The translations under genes and the position numbers were made by a program. The notes beneath the pieces are model-generated. The model was not told the DNA's origin. It was given only the letters and a program-made list of their open reading frames with translations, and did no database searches. Of a stretch of 64,000 nt of DNA, positions 1 to 9,539 are shown one piece after another; the first letter of the stretch is position 1, and every line of letters starts with the position of its first letter. The stretch is from Thermoproteota archaeon (GTDB lineage Archaea > Korarchaeota > Korarchaeia > Korarchaeales > Korarchaeaceae), in assembly GCA_027491915.1 (NCBI GenBank), contig JAOZGC010000002.1, positions 320,001 to 384,000 of the forward strand, read 5' to 3'.

Positions 1-104
1 CCGGATCGCGCGGACCTGGACTCGGGTGGGAGTGCGCCGCCTGGGTGGTCGCGGCGTCCGCCCTGGCGGTGGCGGCCGCGGGGGTGGCGATATGGAGGGC
101 CTGA
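1..104 (+). CDS. 3' end of upstream gene (C-terminal membrane anchor; probably the metal ABC substrate-binding protein)
   Basis: Frame 3 reads GSRGPGLGWECAAWVVAASALAVAAAGVAIWRA* (TM-like), stop TGA 102-104 overlapping the ABC ATPase start; identity inferred from context. Confidence 0.5.
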   Translation, partial: GSRGPGLGWECAAWVVAASALAVAAAGVAIWRA

Positions 105-880
105 GCGCGGTGGAGCTGGAGGGGGTGTCCGTCGGGTACGACTCGTTCCCCGTGCTCGAGGGGGTGAGCATGGCGGTGCCCCACCCGTCCGTGGCGGTCG
201 TCATGGGGCCCAACGGCTCCGGGAAGACCACCCTGCTGAGGACCCTCCTGGGCCTGCTCAGGCCGATGGAGGGCAGAGTCAGGGTCCTGGGGTTGGATCC
301 CTCGGAGGACAGGATCGAGGTCAGGAGGATGGTGGGGTACGTCCCCCAGAGGGAGTCCATATCCGCGGAGATCCCACTCAGGGTGATGGACGTGGTCCTC
401 ATGGGGAGGCTGGCCAGGAGGCGCCCGCCCAGGAGGGTCACCCCCGAGGACGTGGAGGCCGCGGAGCGGGCTCTGGAGGAGGTGGGGCTCCCGGACCTCG
501 GAGACGCCGTCTTCAACGAGCTGTCCGGGGGTCAGAGGCAGAGGGTGCTCCTGGCCAGGGCCCTGGCCTCGGACCCGAAGCTCCTCCTCCTGGACGAGCC
601 CCTATCGGCTACGGACGCGGCCAGCAGGGACGTGATCGCCGGGACTATAGCTAGGAAGAGGGGGGAGGGGGTGTCCTCAATAATAGTGACCCACGACGTC
701 AACCCCCTGGCCGAGGTCACGGACTACCTCGCCCTGCTGAGCGGAGGGAGGCTGGTGGCCTTCGGCAGGGTCGCCGAGGTGCTGACCCCTCCCAACCTCT
801 CCACGGTCTACGGGGGGAGGGTCCGGATCTTCAGGGAGGGCGGGCTCTGCTTCGCCATCGTCGGCGACAGGCACGGGTGA
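92..880 (+). CDS. znuC: Mn/Zn ABC transporter ATP-binding protein
   Basis: Walker A GPNGSGKT, YVPQ, signature LSGGQRQR, Walker B LLLLDEP, VTHD; start moved to ATG 92. Confidence 0.9.
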   Translation: MEGLSAVELEGVSVGYDSFPVLEGVSMAVPHPSVAVVMGPNGSGKTTLLRTLLGLLRPMEGRVRVLGLDPSEDRIEVRRMVGYVPQRESISAEIPLRVMDVVLMGRLARRRPPRRVTPEDVEAAERALEEVGLPDLGDAVFNELSGGQRQRVLLARALASDPKLLLLDEPLSATDAASRDVIAGTIARKRGEGVSSIIVTHDVNPLAEVTDYLALLSGGRLVAFGRVAEVLTPPNLSTVYGGRVRIFREGGLCFAIVGDRHG

Positions 881-884
881 GAGC

Positions 885-1700
885 ATGCTCGATCAGGTCG
901 CGCGGGCGGCGCTGGCCGCCGCCATGGTGTCCGTCAGCTCCGCCTTCGTGGGGCCCGGGGTCGTCTACAGGGGCCTCAGCTTCATGGTCAGCGGGGTGGC
1001 CCACGCCGCCCTGGCCGGGGCCGCCCTGGCCATGCTCGCCTCAACCCTGACCCCTCTCAGCTTGGACCCGGCCGTCGGAGCCGTGGCCGCGGGGATCGCC
1101 GTGGCCGCCCTGGTGTCCTGGGCCGGGGGAGGGGAAGGCAGGGCCGAGGAGATGGAGACGGCGGTGGGCGTCACCTTCGCCGGGGCCATGAGCCTGGCCG
1201 TGCTCACCTTCTACGTGATACCGTCCGAGAGGATCCCCGAGGTCTGGGGATACCTCCTCGGAGACATACTCCTCCTCTCCCCTCTGGACCTGATCGTGCT
1301 CTCCCTCACGACCGCCGCCTGCGCCGTCGGGAGCGCGGCCTTCTACCGGGAGTTCCTCTACGTGACTTTCGATCCGGAGGGGGCGGAGGCCCACGGCATG
1401 AGGCCCAGGGTGTACCAGTGGGTCCATCTCTCCCTGACGGCGCTGGCGGTCGCCGGGATGACCAAGGCCGTCGGCGCCATAATGGTCTACGCCCTGGTGG
1501 TGGCCCCCGCGGCCGCCGCGGCCAGGCTGTCCCGGGGCGTGAAGGGGACCATCCTCCTGACTTTCGCCCTGGCCGCCCTCGCCTCGGCCGCCGGCATGTT
1601 GGTGGGGTTCTGGGCCGACGTCTCCCCCAGCGCGGCCGCCGGGCTTGCCGCCTCCCTAATGTACGTGGCCTCCGTCCGGGCGGCCGGGGGGAGGGGTTAA
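885..1700 (+). CDS. znuB: Mn/Zn ABC transporter permease (ABC-3 family)
   Basis: Multi-TM; AHAALAG, YLLGDIL, FDPEGAEAHG motifs; follows ATPase. Confidence 0.88.
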   Translation: MLDQVARAALAAAMVSVSSAFVGPGVVYRGLSFMVSGVAHAALAGAALAMLASTLTPLSLDPAVGAVAAGIAVAALVSWAGGGEGRAEEMETAVGVTFAGAMSLAVLTFYVIPSERIPEVWGYLLGDILLLSPLDLIVLSLTTAACAVGSAAFYREFLYVTFDPEGAEAHGMRPRVYQWVHLSLTALAVAGMTKAVGAIMVYALVVAPAAAAARLSRGVKGTILLTFALAALASAAGMLVGFWADVSPSAAAGLAASLMYVASVRAAGGRG

Positions 1701-1725
1701 TTTCGCGTCCGGCGGTCCCGACCCT

Positions 1726-2160
1726 ATGGACCTGCTGAGGATGAACTCCGCCTCCAGGATCATCAGGGAGTCCCGCAGGCTCCTCGTATACTCCTCCTGC
1801 CTGGATCTGGAGGCGCCCTGGGTAGCCGGGGAAGCGGCGCCCGGCGCGCCGGCGGCGTCGGTCTGCATGGAGGCCGAGCACCTGAACGTGGTGGCCCTGA
1901 AGATAGCCTCGATAATGGCCAGGGTGGACCTCGAGGAACTCTCCATCCTCACCGTCGACGGGAGCCCCCACTGCCTCCAGCTCCACCACGCGGCCGAGGA
2001 GGCCGCCAGGATCTCCGGGTTCTCGGGGAGGCTGAGGCACATGATCTTCAGGCGCGGCAAGGTGGAGGAGGTGTCTCGAGAGGCGGTCAAGGCGGCCAGG
2101 TACCTGTCCAAGGTGCAGAGGATGATGCCCACCGGGGGGACGGGGCCGCTCGACTTATAA
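1726..2160 (+). CDS. Conserved archaeal putative Fe-S/Cys-His cluster-binding protein
   Basis: Motifs SCL, VCMEAEH, TVDGSPHC; TTAATTT about 25 nt upstream. Confidence 0.6.
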   Translation: MDLLRMNSASRIIRESRRLLVYSSCLDLEAPWVAGEAAPGAPAASVCMEAEHLNVVALKIASIMARVDLEELSILTVDGSPHCLQLHHAAEEAARISGFSGRLRHMIFRRGKVEEVSREAVKAARYLSKVQRMMPTGGTGPLDL

Positions 2161-2190
2161 CCCGGTCGGAGGCCGGGGCGAGGTGCGTCG

Positions 2191-3276
2191 ATGGAAATCG
2201 AGATCCGCAGGAAGATGGAGGCGCTGGCGGCCGCCGTCCTGCTGGCGGGCCCGGCGGCCGCGGCCGCGCAGCCCCTCCTTTTCAACCTGCCCCAGGGGGC
2301 CCACCTGACCTACTCCGTCGGCGCCGCCGGGACCTACGAGGTTAGGGCCGAGGGCCCCTCCAGCCACGCGGGCGGGGCGTGCAGATCCATGTGGTTCTCC
2401 TATGATCCCAACTCCTCAGTCTCCGGGGACGAGATAGAGGGGAGGGGGTGCTACAGGCAGGAAGACGGTCGCCCACTATACATAGAGCTCACGATACCGG
2501 GCGGCGTCCCGTACAACTCCCTCAGGGTCGAGTACTCCTGGAGCGGCGAGGAGCTGACCTCCATGATATTGATGGTCAACAGGACCGAGAACTCTTCCCA
2601 GATAGCGGTCGACGTGTCCTCGGGGGTGGCCGTCTACAAGTCCTTCTCCGGGGGATCGGTCGTCGATCAGGAGAACATGACTTTCGAGCCGGGGAGCCTC
2701 CCCGTGGGTATGTCAATACCTCCACTTCCCGGAGACCTGCCCTGGGTCCCGCCCGGACTCCACCTGGAGGAGATAGACCCCGGGGAGTCCGGAGACGTGT
2801 CCCTGGAGAATCCGGGCCTGCCGGGTAGGCTGATGCCCATCCACGTGGAGGCGGGCTCCGTCGAGGAGGTGACCGTCCCGGCCGGGGAATTCACCTGCTT
2901 TAGGGTGTCCCTCTCTCCCCAGGGGGTCAGCGCCGAGGAGCTGGGAACCCTGATGTGGGTCACCGAGCAGTCTCCCAGGATACCGGTGGCCCTGGAGCTC
3001 AGGATCTGGAACCAGAGCACCAGAATAGAACTGTTGAGCTGGGAGGGTCCTGGCAGGCCGTCAACCTCTCGCCCCCCGTCTTGGGCCGTTCCTGCGGCCG
3101 CCCTGGCCGCCGCGGCCGTCGCCGCGGCCGCCTACTTGTTGAGGAGGAGCCGGGGGACCGCGGAGGGACTTGAGACCCTCCCACCGGCAGAGCCCGGGTC
3201 CGAGGGGGAGCCCCGGACAGCCCCGGGCGAGTCGCCGCCTGACGGGTCAGAGGCCCCGGGATCGGAGGGAGGGTGA
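2191..3276 (+). CDS. Secreted, membrane-anchored hypothetical protein (DUF3108-like beta region)
   Basis: Signal peptide ALAAAVLLAGPAAAAA-QP; EEVTVPAGEFTCFRV motif; C-terminal TM followed by RRSR; TTATAA at 2155-2160. Confidence 0.65.
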   Translation: MEIEIRRKMEALAAAVLLAGPAAAAAQPLLFNLPQGAHLTYSVGAAGTYEVRAEGPSSHAGGACRSMWFSYDPNSSVSGDEIEGRGCYRQEDGRPLYIELTIPGGVPYNSLRVEYSWSGEELTSMILMVNRTENSSQIAVDVSSGVAVYKSFSGGSVVDQENMTFEPGSLPVGMSIPPLPGDLPWVPPGLHLEEIDPGESGDVSLENPGLPGRLMPIHVEAGSVEEVTVPAGEFTCFRVSLSPQGVSAEELGTLMWVTEQSPRIPVALELRIWNQSTRIELLSWEGPGRPSTSRPPSWAVPAAALAAAAVAAAAYLLRRSRGTAEGLETLPPAEPGSEGEPRTAPGESPPDGSEAPGSEGG

Positions 3277-3293
3277 ACCCGCGGGGACCGGGA

Positions 3294-4127
3294 TCACCCC
3301 CGCCCCCGGGATCCCCCCACCCGGTGAGGCGACAGGACGCCCCTGGCCTCCCTCAGAACCCCCTCCGGGTCCCCCACGCCCATCTCCCTGAGACCACCGA
3401 CCCCCAGGGACACCACATCCACCACCGTGACCGCCCCGGCCGCGGCCAGCTCCGCCGCCTCCCCCCTGTCCAGGGTCCTGAGGACCGTCACGGGATAGAG
3501 CCCCGTGCCCTCCACCATCTCCCTGAGGCTGGGTCCCCCGCGGGACCGGCCCCAGGACGTGAGCCTCATCCCGGTGCACCCCGCGTACCTCTCGGCGGCC
3601 GCGGTCACCTTCGTGTTGGTGGCGAGCCAGGGCTCGTCGAACCGCCCCTCCAGGTCCTCGAACCTGGCCCGCGTGTACATCGCCACCTTGAGGTCCGTCT
3701 TTATCCCCGGGCGCTCGTGGTGCTTGCACTCCACCATGTATCTGACCCCGCCCCTCTCGGCCGACACGTCGACCTCCTGATCGACGCACCTCCCGGGCAG
3801 GACCATCCCCACCCCGGATATCCTGTACCCCAGGGCCCCGAGGAGCCTGGCGAAGTACCTCTCGAAGGGATAGCCGGTCGGGCCCAGCCTCATCAGGGCG
3901 GACTTCAGGTCGTACCTGGCGGCCAGGCCCGGCCTCTCCCCCTCCAGCATCTCGAGGGCCATCTCCAGTATCTCCCTGGTCTCTATCCCTGGATGGGCCC
4001 TCCGCTCCACCTCTCCGGCTATCCTGAGCGCGGTCTCCCTGTCGGCGCCTGCCCTGATCAGGGTCCTGGCCAGCTTCCCCCGATCGAACCTCTCCACGCT
4101 GCCGTCAGATTTCCTCACAGTCAGCAG
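3294..4127 (-). CDS. ATP-cone domain + Mrr-like restriction endonuclease domain protein
   Basis: N-terminal TVRKSDGSVERFDRGKL (ATP cone); G.PFERYF, EVDV, VECK PD-(D/E)xK motif; start probably CTG 4127 or GTG 4118, not 4388. Confidence 0.8.
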   Translation of the reverse strand: MLTVRKSDGSVERFDRGKLARTLIRAGADRETALRIAGEVERRAHPGIETREILEMALEMLEGERPGLAARYDLKSALMRLGPTGYPFERYFARLLGALGYRISGVGMVLPGRCVDQEVDVSAERGGVRYMVECKHHERPGIKTDLKVAMYTRARFEDLEGRFDEPWLATNTKVTAAAERYAGCTGMRLTSWGRSRGGPSLREMVEGTGLYPVTVLRTLDRGEAAELAAAGAVTVVDVVSLGVGGLREMGVGDPEGVLREARGVLSPHRVGGSRGRG

Positions 4128-4190
4128 GGGAGACCACCATCGACCCGCCGGGGCGCGACGGTTTAAACGATCCGCCGCCCCCCTAAGGGG

Positions 4191-5663
4191 ATGGATCTCT
4201 CCGTGGAGCTGGGCGCCTACGTGGACACGGGGGAGCCCTGCCTCCTCGAGGTCTCCGAGCTCGTGACCGGAAGGACGGCGGTGGTGGCCAAGACGGGGTA
4301 CGGGAAGTCGTGGACCATGAGGAGGGTGGCGGAGGGCCTCTTGGAGCTGGGCCTCCCGGTGGGCGTCATAGACCCCGAGGGGGAGCACGTGAGCCTGGCC
4401 GACTCCTACGACATGCTGGTCATATCGCCCGAGGGCGACCTGGACCTGGCGAGGGGGGGATCCCCGGAGAGGCTGGCGAGGGCCGCCCTGAGCGGGGTCA
4501 GCTTCGTCCTGGACCTGTCCGGGTACTCGGCCGATCCGAAGACCGCGGCAGAGGTGACCTCCAGCTTGCTCAGGTCCCTAATGGACCAGAGGGGAGAGGG
4601 GTTCCTGGTCATGATAGACGAGGCCAGGGAGCTGGCCCCCGAGAGGAACGCCAGGAGCATCCTCGGGAAGTACGCGTCCGAGACCGCGGTCTGGGTCAAC
4701 TCCCTGGCCACCAGGGGTAGGAAGAGGGGCATAGGCCTGCTGTTCACTACCCAGCGGCCGCAGCTGGTCTCGAAGACCCTACTGAGTCAGGCGGAGAACA
4801 AGATCCTACTCAGGGTGGAGTACAACGCGGACCTGAGCGTGATGGCCAGGTTCCTCGGGCTCGACAGGGAGCTGATGGGGAGGATCAGGAGACTCGAGAG
4901 GGGGGAGGCATACGTCGAGGGGCCCTTCGTCGGTAGGCCGGGCCTCGTCAAGGTCGGGGGCGTGAAGACGGCTCACCTCGGTACGACCCCGAGCGTCAAG
5001 CCCAGGCCGCCCCCGAGCCTGGCGGACGTGGTTGCCTACGTGACGGCCGGGCCGCCATCCCTCCCCTCAGAGTCGGAGGGGAGGGAGGTGGGGAAGGGCG
5101 GGGATGGTGGTAAAGGCGTAGGAGGGAGACGGTCGGGGAGGGTGATTCGGGACCGCGAGGCCGTCGGAACCCTTGATCTGAGGCTGGAGTCGGCCTGGAG
5201 CATGCCCAGCGAGAGGCTGACCTCGGGGGACCTGGAAGATCTGGTGAGGGCGAGGGACGAGGTGGAGAGGATGCTGGGGATGCTCGAGGAGTCCAAGGGG
5301 GAGATGCGGGCCGAGGTCTACGAGTTCCTCAGGGGCGAGTACGAGAGGTCCCTCGAGGAGCTGGAGAGGGCCATATCCCCGTACAGGAGGGAGGCCATCG
5401 TCTCGGAGCTCGTGCTGGAGGCCGCCCTGAAGGACAGGGAGATGAGGATCAGGTACCTGAGGGAGACCAGGTCGGGGATCATCGGGAGGATCAGGGCCTG
5501 GAGGGAGATCCGCAGGATGGAGGCCGAGATGGGGGATCTGTCCGACAGGCTGGCCAGGGTGAGGGAGATCCTGGCCCGCGTCGGCCGGCTCCCGCGGGGG
5601 GCGGCCGGGATGGATGGCGCCGGCGCCCGGGAGGGGACCGGCGCGGCCCGGGGGGGTCATTAG
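4191..5663 (+). CDS. HerA/FtsK-like (DUF87) P-loop ATPase with C-terminal coiled coil
   Basis: AKTGYGKS Walker A, IDPEGEH, MIDEA Walker B, RGRKRGIG, TQRP motifs. Confidence 0.85.
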   Translation: MDLSVELGAYVDTGEPCLLEVSELVTGRTAVVAKTGYGKSWTMRRVAEGLLELGLPVGVIDPEGEHVSLADSYDMLVISPEGDLDLARGGSPERLARAALSGVSFVLDLSGYSADPKTAAEVTSSLLRSLMDQRGEGFLVMIDEARELAPERNARSILGKYASETAVWVNSLATRGRKRGIGLLFTTQRPQLVSKTLLSQAENKILLRVEYNADLSVMARFLGLDRELMGRIRRLERGEAYVEGPFVGRPGLVKVGGVKTAHLGTTPSVKPRPPPSLADVVAYVTAGPPSLPSESEGREVGKGGDGGKGVGGRRSGRVIRDREAVGTLDLRLESAWSMPSERLTSGDLEDLVRARDEVERMLGMLEESKGEMRAEVYEFLRGEYERSLEELERAISPYRREAIVSELVLEAALKDREMRIRYLRETRSGIIGRIRAWREIRRMEAEMGDLSDRLARVREILARVGRLPRGAAGMDGAGAREGTGAARGGH

Positions 5664-5695
5664 GGTGGGGGGTAGGCCAGCCGCCCGGTCCCCCG

Positions 5696-6328
5696 TCAGA
5701 CGCCGGACACCCAACCGAGCACGGCCGACCTCAGCATCTCAGCCGCCATTCCGGCTATTATCAGGGCCATGAACCTGCCCAGGGCCCTCGTCCCGTTCCT
5801 GCCGAGCAGCACCACCATCCTCGTGGAGTACCTCAGCAGGACGTACGTGGCGGCCGCGGCCGCGGCGACGGCCGAGAGGAGGGCCGCCTCTCCCTGAACC
5901 CTCCCGCCGAGCTGGGTCTCCAGCGAGGTCGAGAGGACCACCACCGTGGTGATCGTCCCGGGGCCGACCAGCAGCGGGGTGGCCAGGGGAACCACGGCTA
6001 TGTCCTCCCTCTCCACCTCCCTGGTCCTGGCCACCCCCTTGAGCATGTCCAGGGCGAGCACCGTGAGGAGGATCCCCCCTCCGAACTCCAGGTCGGCCAC
6101 GCTCACCCCAACCAGGCCGAGGAACTCCTCGCCCACGAGGGCGAAGGCGCAGCTTATCGCCAGCACCGACGCGGCCGCCCTCCTGACCACCCTGACCCTC
6201 TCCCCCTCGGACATCCCTTCCGTCAGCTCCAGGAACGTCGGGACGACGCTGATCGGGTTCAATATGGCGAACAGCTGCACGGTCGAGGTGACCACGGCCC
6301 AGGCGAAGTCGGCAGGGGGTGTAGGCAT
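5696..6328 (-). CDS. marC: MarC family membrane protein
   Basis: LFAILNP, GGILL, AVVPLATPLLVGPGTIT motifs. Confidence 0.9.
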   Translation of the reverse strand: MPTPPADFAWAVVTSTVQLFAILNPISVVPTFLELTEGMSEGERVRVVRRAAASVLAISCAFALVGEEFLGLVGVSVADLEFGGGILLTVLALDMLKGVARTREVEREDIAVVPLATPLLVGPGTITTVVVLSTSLETQLGGRVQGEAALLSAVAAAAAATYVLLRYSTRMVVLLGRNGTRALGRFMALIIAGMAAEMLRSAVLGWVSGV

Positions 6329-6374
6329 GGGGCCGCCGGGTCGCGGACCCGATATTTAACGGAATCGCCGGGCG

Positions 6375-8288
6375 TCACATCCTCTCCAGCCTCGGTATCC
6401 CGATCAGGTCCATGGCCGAGCCCAGGGCCCCCCTGACCGCGTCTACCAGAGCGAGCCTGGCGGCCTCGACCCCGCCCCCGGAGCCGAGCACCCTGTGGGT
6501 CTCGTAGTACCTGTTGAAGGCGGCGGCCAGGTCGGACGCGTATTGGGCCAGCAGGTCGGGCCTCATCAGATCGGCGGACGACCTGACGACCGACGGGAAC
6601 TCGGCCACCCTCATCAGCAGGTCCTCCTCGGCCTCGGACTTCAGCTCTCCGGGGTCGAAGTCCCCGGGGACGCCGCCGGCCCTCCTCAGTATGCCGCCGG
6701 CCCTGGTGTAGGCGTACTGGATGAAGGGGCCCGAGTTGGCCTGGAGGTTGAGGACCCTGTCCCAGCTGAAAGTCACGTTCTTTGAGGGGTCCACGCTGAC
6801 GAGGGCGTACCTGACCGCCCCGACGGCGACGGCCTCGGCTATATCCTCGGCTTCGACCTCCCCCTTCCTCCCCCCGAGGATCTCCATGACCCTCTTCTTG
6901 GCCTCGTCAAGTATCTCGTCAACGGTCACGTATCTCCCGAGCCTGCCTGCCATCTTGGCCCCGACCAGCTCGACCATCTCGTAGCTGAAGTGGATGAGCC
7001 TGTCGGGATCGTGGCCGCAGAGGGCCAGCCCCGCCCTGACCTGCATCTGCTCCAGCCTCTGCTCGCTCCCTATCACGTTGTACACCACGTCGGCCCCGAC
7101 CGCCTCCAGCTTGTAGACCGAGTACCCCACGTCGGTCCCCGTGTAGAGCCACGTACCGTCGGACCTCTGGAGGTAGAACCTGGCCGGCACGACGTCGGCC
7201 AACTTCCCCTCCCTCTCCAGCCTCTCCAGGTCCCCCTCTCCAAGGTGGAACGCCCTCCTGACATCCTCCCTCTCCCTTATGGCCCTCCACATGTTCACGT
7301 ACGCGGCCTCCCCGTCCCTCTCCAGGTACCCGGCCTCTCCTATCCTCCTGGCCGCCTCCTCGACCCACCCGTTCCATATCAGGTCGCTCTCCCAGTCGTA
7401 GGCGTCGTGAGAGACGCCCAGCCTGGCCAGGGTCTCCACGAAACCCTCCATCACCGACTCGGAGACTTCGCGAAAGAGGGCTTTCGCGTCCGGGCGGCCC
7501 TCCTGGTACCCCCTCATGAGGGACGTCAGCTCCGACTCAGGGTCGTCGTCCCCCAGGATCGAGGAGTAGACCTCCTCCACGACCTCCCCTCCCCTCCTCC
7601 TCAGGTCCACGAGGGCCTCCTCCAGCTCCCTCCTCCTGTCCTCCGGGAGGTCTTCCCTCCTCATCTCGAAGGCTATGTTCGCGGCGGCGTAGATGAGGCC
7701 GTACCAGTGATCCGGCTTCCCCCTGGGACGAGCCCTCCTCACCTTGGATCTCCCGTACGCCAGCACGGCGGGCTGCCTCCCGGAGTCGTTCACCAGGTAC
7801 CTGGCGCTGACCTCGTGGCCGAGGAACCTCAGTATCCTCGCGTAGGAATCCCCGAGGATCGCGTTCCTGCCGCTGCCCACGTGGAGGGGGTGGACCGGGT
7901 TCACGCTGGTGTGCTCCACGACGACGGTCTTACCGGTCGGGTCCCCCCTCCCCAACTCCCCCGATCTGGCCGACCCTATCACCTCGGAGAAGAACTCCCT
8001 CAGGTCGAGCGTCAGGTTGACGAACCCGCCCGACGGGGTTACCTCGACGGCCATGGGTATCATGTCGACCTCGATCCTGGAGGCGAGGTCCGCCGCCACG
8101 GCGGGCGGGGGGGCGCCGACGGCCCCGGCCAGCTTGAACGGGAGCGGGCTCCCGAGGTGACCGGGTTTCCCCCTCGGGACCCTCTCAACTCTTATCCAAC
8201 CTGGGTCGACCTCGACCCCGGACGCCGAGGCCGCCGCGGCCAGCTGCTCGGAGAAGGCCCTCCTCACCTCCCCCAGCGGATCCCTCAT
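6375..8288 (-). CDS. argS: Arginine--tRNA ligase
   Basis: EHTSVNP..PLHVG HIGH-like motif, KMAGR, GPFIQYAYTR, DALR anticodon domain, ERM C-terminus. Confidence 0.95.
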   Translation of the reverse strand: MRDPLGEVRRAFSEQLAAAASASGVEVDPGWIRVERVPRGKPGHLGSPLPFKLAGAVGAPPPAVAADLASRIEVDMIPMAVEVTPSGGFVNLTLDLREFFSEVIGSARSGELGRGDPTGKTVVVEHTSVNPVHPLHVGSGRNAILGDSYARILRFLGHEVSARYLVNDSGRQPAVLAYGRSKVRRARPRGKPDHWYGLIYAAANIAFEMRREDLPEDRRRELEEALVDLRRRGGEVVEEVYSSILGDDDPESELTSLMRGYQEGRPDAKALFREVSESVMEGFVETLARLGVSHDAYDWESDLIWNGWVEEAARRIGEAGYLERDGEAAYVNMWRAIREREDVRRAFHLGEGDLERLEREGKLADVVPARFYLQRSDGTWLYTGTDVGYSVYKLEAVGADVVYNVIGSEQRLEQMQVRAGLALCGHDPDRLIHFSYEMVELVGAKMAGRLGRYVTVDEILDEAKKRVMEILGGRKGEVEAEDIAEAVAVGAVRYALVSVDPSKNVTFSWDRVLNLQANSGPFIQYAYTRAGGILRRAGGVPGDFDPGELKSEAEEDLLMRVAEFPSVVRSSADLMRPDLLAQYASDLAAAFNRYYETHRVLGSGGGVEAARLALVDAVRGALGSAMDLIGIPRLERM

Positions 8289-8309
8289 CTCGCGGCCCGA
8301 CCCCCTCCA

Positions 8310-8807
8310 TCAAGATAAAAGTCGGCGCCTCCCCCTTATCCCGTCGACCAGGACGGAGAAGGGGACGACGACGTTGATCCCCTCCTTGGCCGACGTCTCG
8401 ACGTAGCCCAGCATCCCCTCCCTCTCCGCGAATCCCTCGGCGGCCTCGCGATCCACCCTCCTCCCGAGGTCCACCTTGTTACCCACCAGGACCGCCGGAT
8501 GCCCGTCCCCAAGCTCCCTCCTGGCGATCCCCACCCAACCCTCGAGGGCGTCCAGGGTGGCTGGCCTGGTCAGATCGAACACGTACAGCACCCCGGACGC
8601 CCCCCTGAGGGCTATGGGGGCGAAGAACCTGAACCTCTCCTCTCCCCCCACGTCCCACACGATCACCCTCTCCCCTCCCAATTCCATCGCGTGGAAGTCG
8701 GCCCCGACGGTCATGCCAGCCCCTCCAGCCTTCCCGGCCGCAGCCCTGGCGAGGGCGGTCTTCCCCACCCCTCCCTCCCCGCAGAGGACCACCTTCAACC
8801 TGCCCAA
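8310..8807 (-). CDS. Rab-like small GTPase
   Basis: G1 GEGGVGKT, G2 TVGADF, G3 WDVGG, G4 NKVD, G5 ETSAK. Confidence 0.92.
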   Translation of the reverse strand: MGRLKVVLCGEGGVGKTALARAAAGKAGGAGMTVGADFHAMELGGERVIVWDVGGEERFRFFAPIALRGASGVLYVFDLTRPATLDALEGWVGIARRELGDGHPAVLVGNKVDLGRRVDREAAEGFAEREGMLGYVETSAKEGINVVVPFSVLVDGIRGRRRLLS

Positions 8808-8810
8808 CGC

Positions 8811-9470
8811 TCAGTCCCCGAAGTACTTCTCGTGCAGCTCCCTGGACGCGTCCATGCTCACGTCCGCGAACAGCTCAGGGAAGTCCTCCACCACCCTCTC
8901 CCTCGGAGTCTGCTTCGGCACGGCCACCAGCGTCAGCTCGCAGTACTCGTCCCCGGCGGCCAGGCAGGCCGTCTCCCTGACCACCGTGTAGTACCTGGTC
9001 TCTCCGGGGGCCAGGCTCATGTAGGTGTTCGAGGCCCCCTCGTAGGCCCCGGTGGGGTAGTAACAGATCTTGTCCCCGGTCTCTATCTCGGAGGCCCATG
9101 GGGATCTCCTGTCCCTGAACCTCACTATTATGTAGTTCCCGCCGACCGCCCTCCTCTCCTCAGACTCCGCCTCCGGGTCCCTGCCGGAGAACATGTACCA
9201 GGCCGCCCTACCTATCACCCGTATGACCTTCTGGCTCGGGGGATAGCGGGCTATGTCCCTCCCCCCGAGCTTCAGCAGGTAGGCGTGCCCCATGGCATAA
9301 CCCCACTCGAATATCCTCAGGTTGGCCTTCTCCCGCCCCAGAAAGTCCCTCATCTCCGTCACGGTCATGAGGTACAGCCTGTTCAGCGTGAACGTGTCTA
9401 CGGTGGTTGCGCCGAACCTCTTCCTCATCTTGAGGACGAACATGCTCAGGCTCTCCGGAGGAGCCGACAA
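8811..9470 (-). CDS. V4R (4-vinyl reductase/Bet3-like fold) domain protein
   Basis: GYAMG helix, KIC...ETACLAAGDEYCE V4R Zn motif; TTG start at 9470 after GGAGGTGG (alternative ATG 9515). Confidence 0.75.
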   Translation of the reverse strand: MSAPPESLSMFVLKMRKRFGATTVDTFTLNRLYLMTVTEMRDFLGREKANLRIFEWGYAMGHAYLLKLGGRDIARYPPSQKVIRVIGRAAWYMFSGRDPEAESEERRAVGGNYIIVRFRDRRSPWASEIETGDKICYYPTGAYEGASNTYMSLAPGETRYYTVVRETACLAAGDEYCELTLVAVPKQTPRERVVEDFPELFADVSMDASRELHEKYFGD

Positions 9471-9539
9471 GACATGACCACCTCCCTCTCCTCGCCCACG
9501 CCGACACGCGGACATGTCCCGGAGTCGCCGGGACCTCCC

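Noticed and set aside
6990-8318. Long antisense and alternate-frame ORFs (e.g. 6990-8318 +, 8499-10106 +, 33104-34897 +, 41343-43247 +, 53626-55260 -)
   Set aside because: They are shadows of well-supported genes; high GC suppresses stop codons, and the translations have no recognisable motifs
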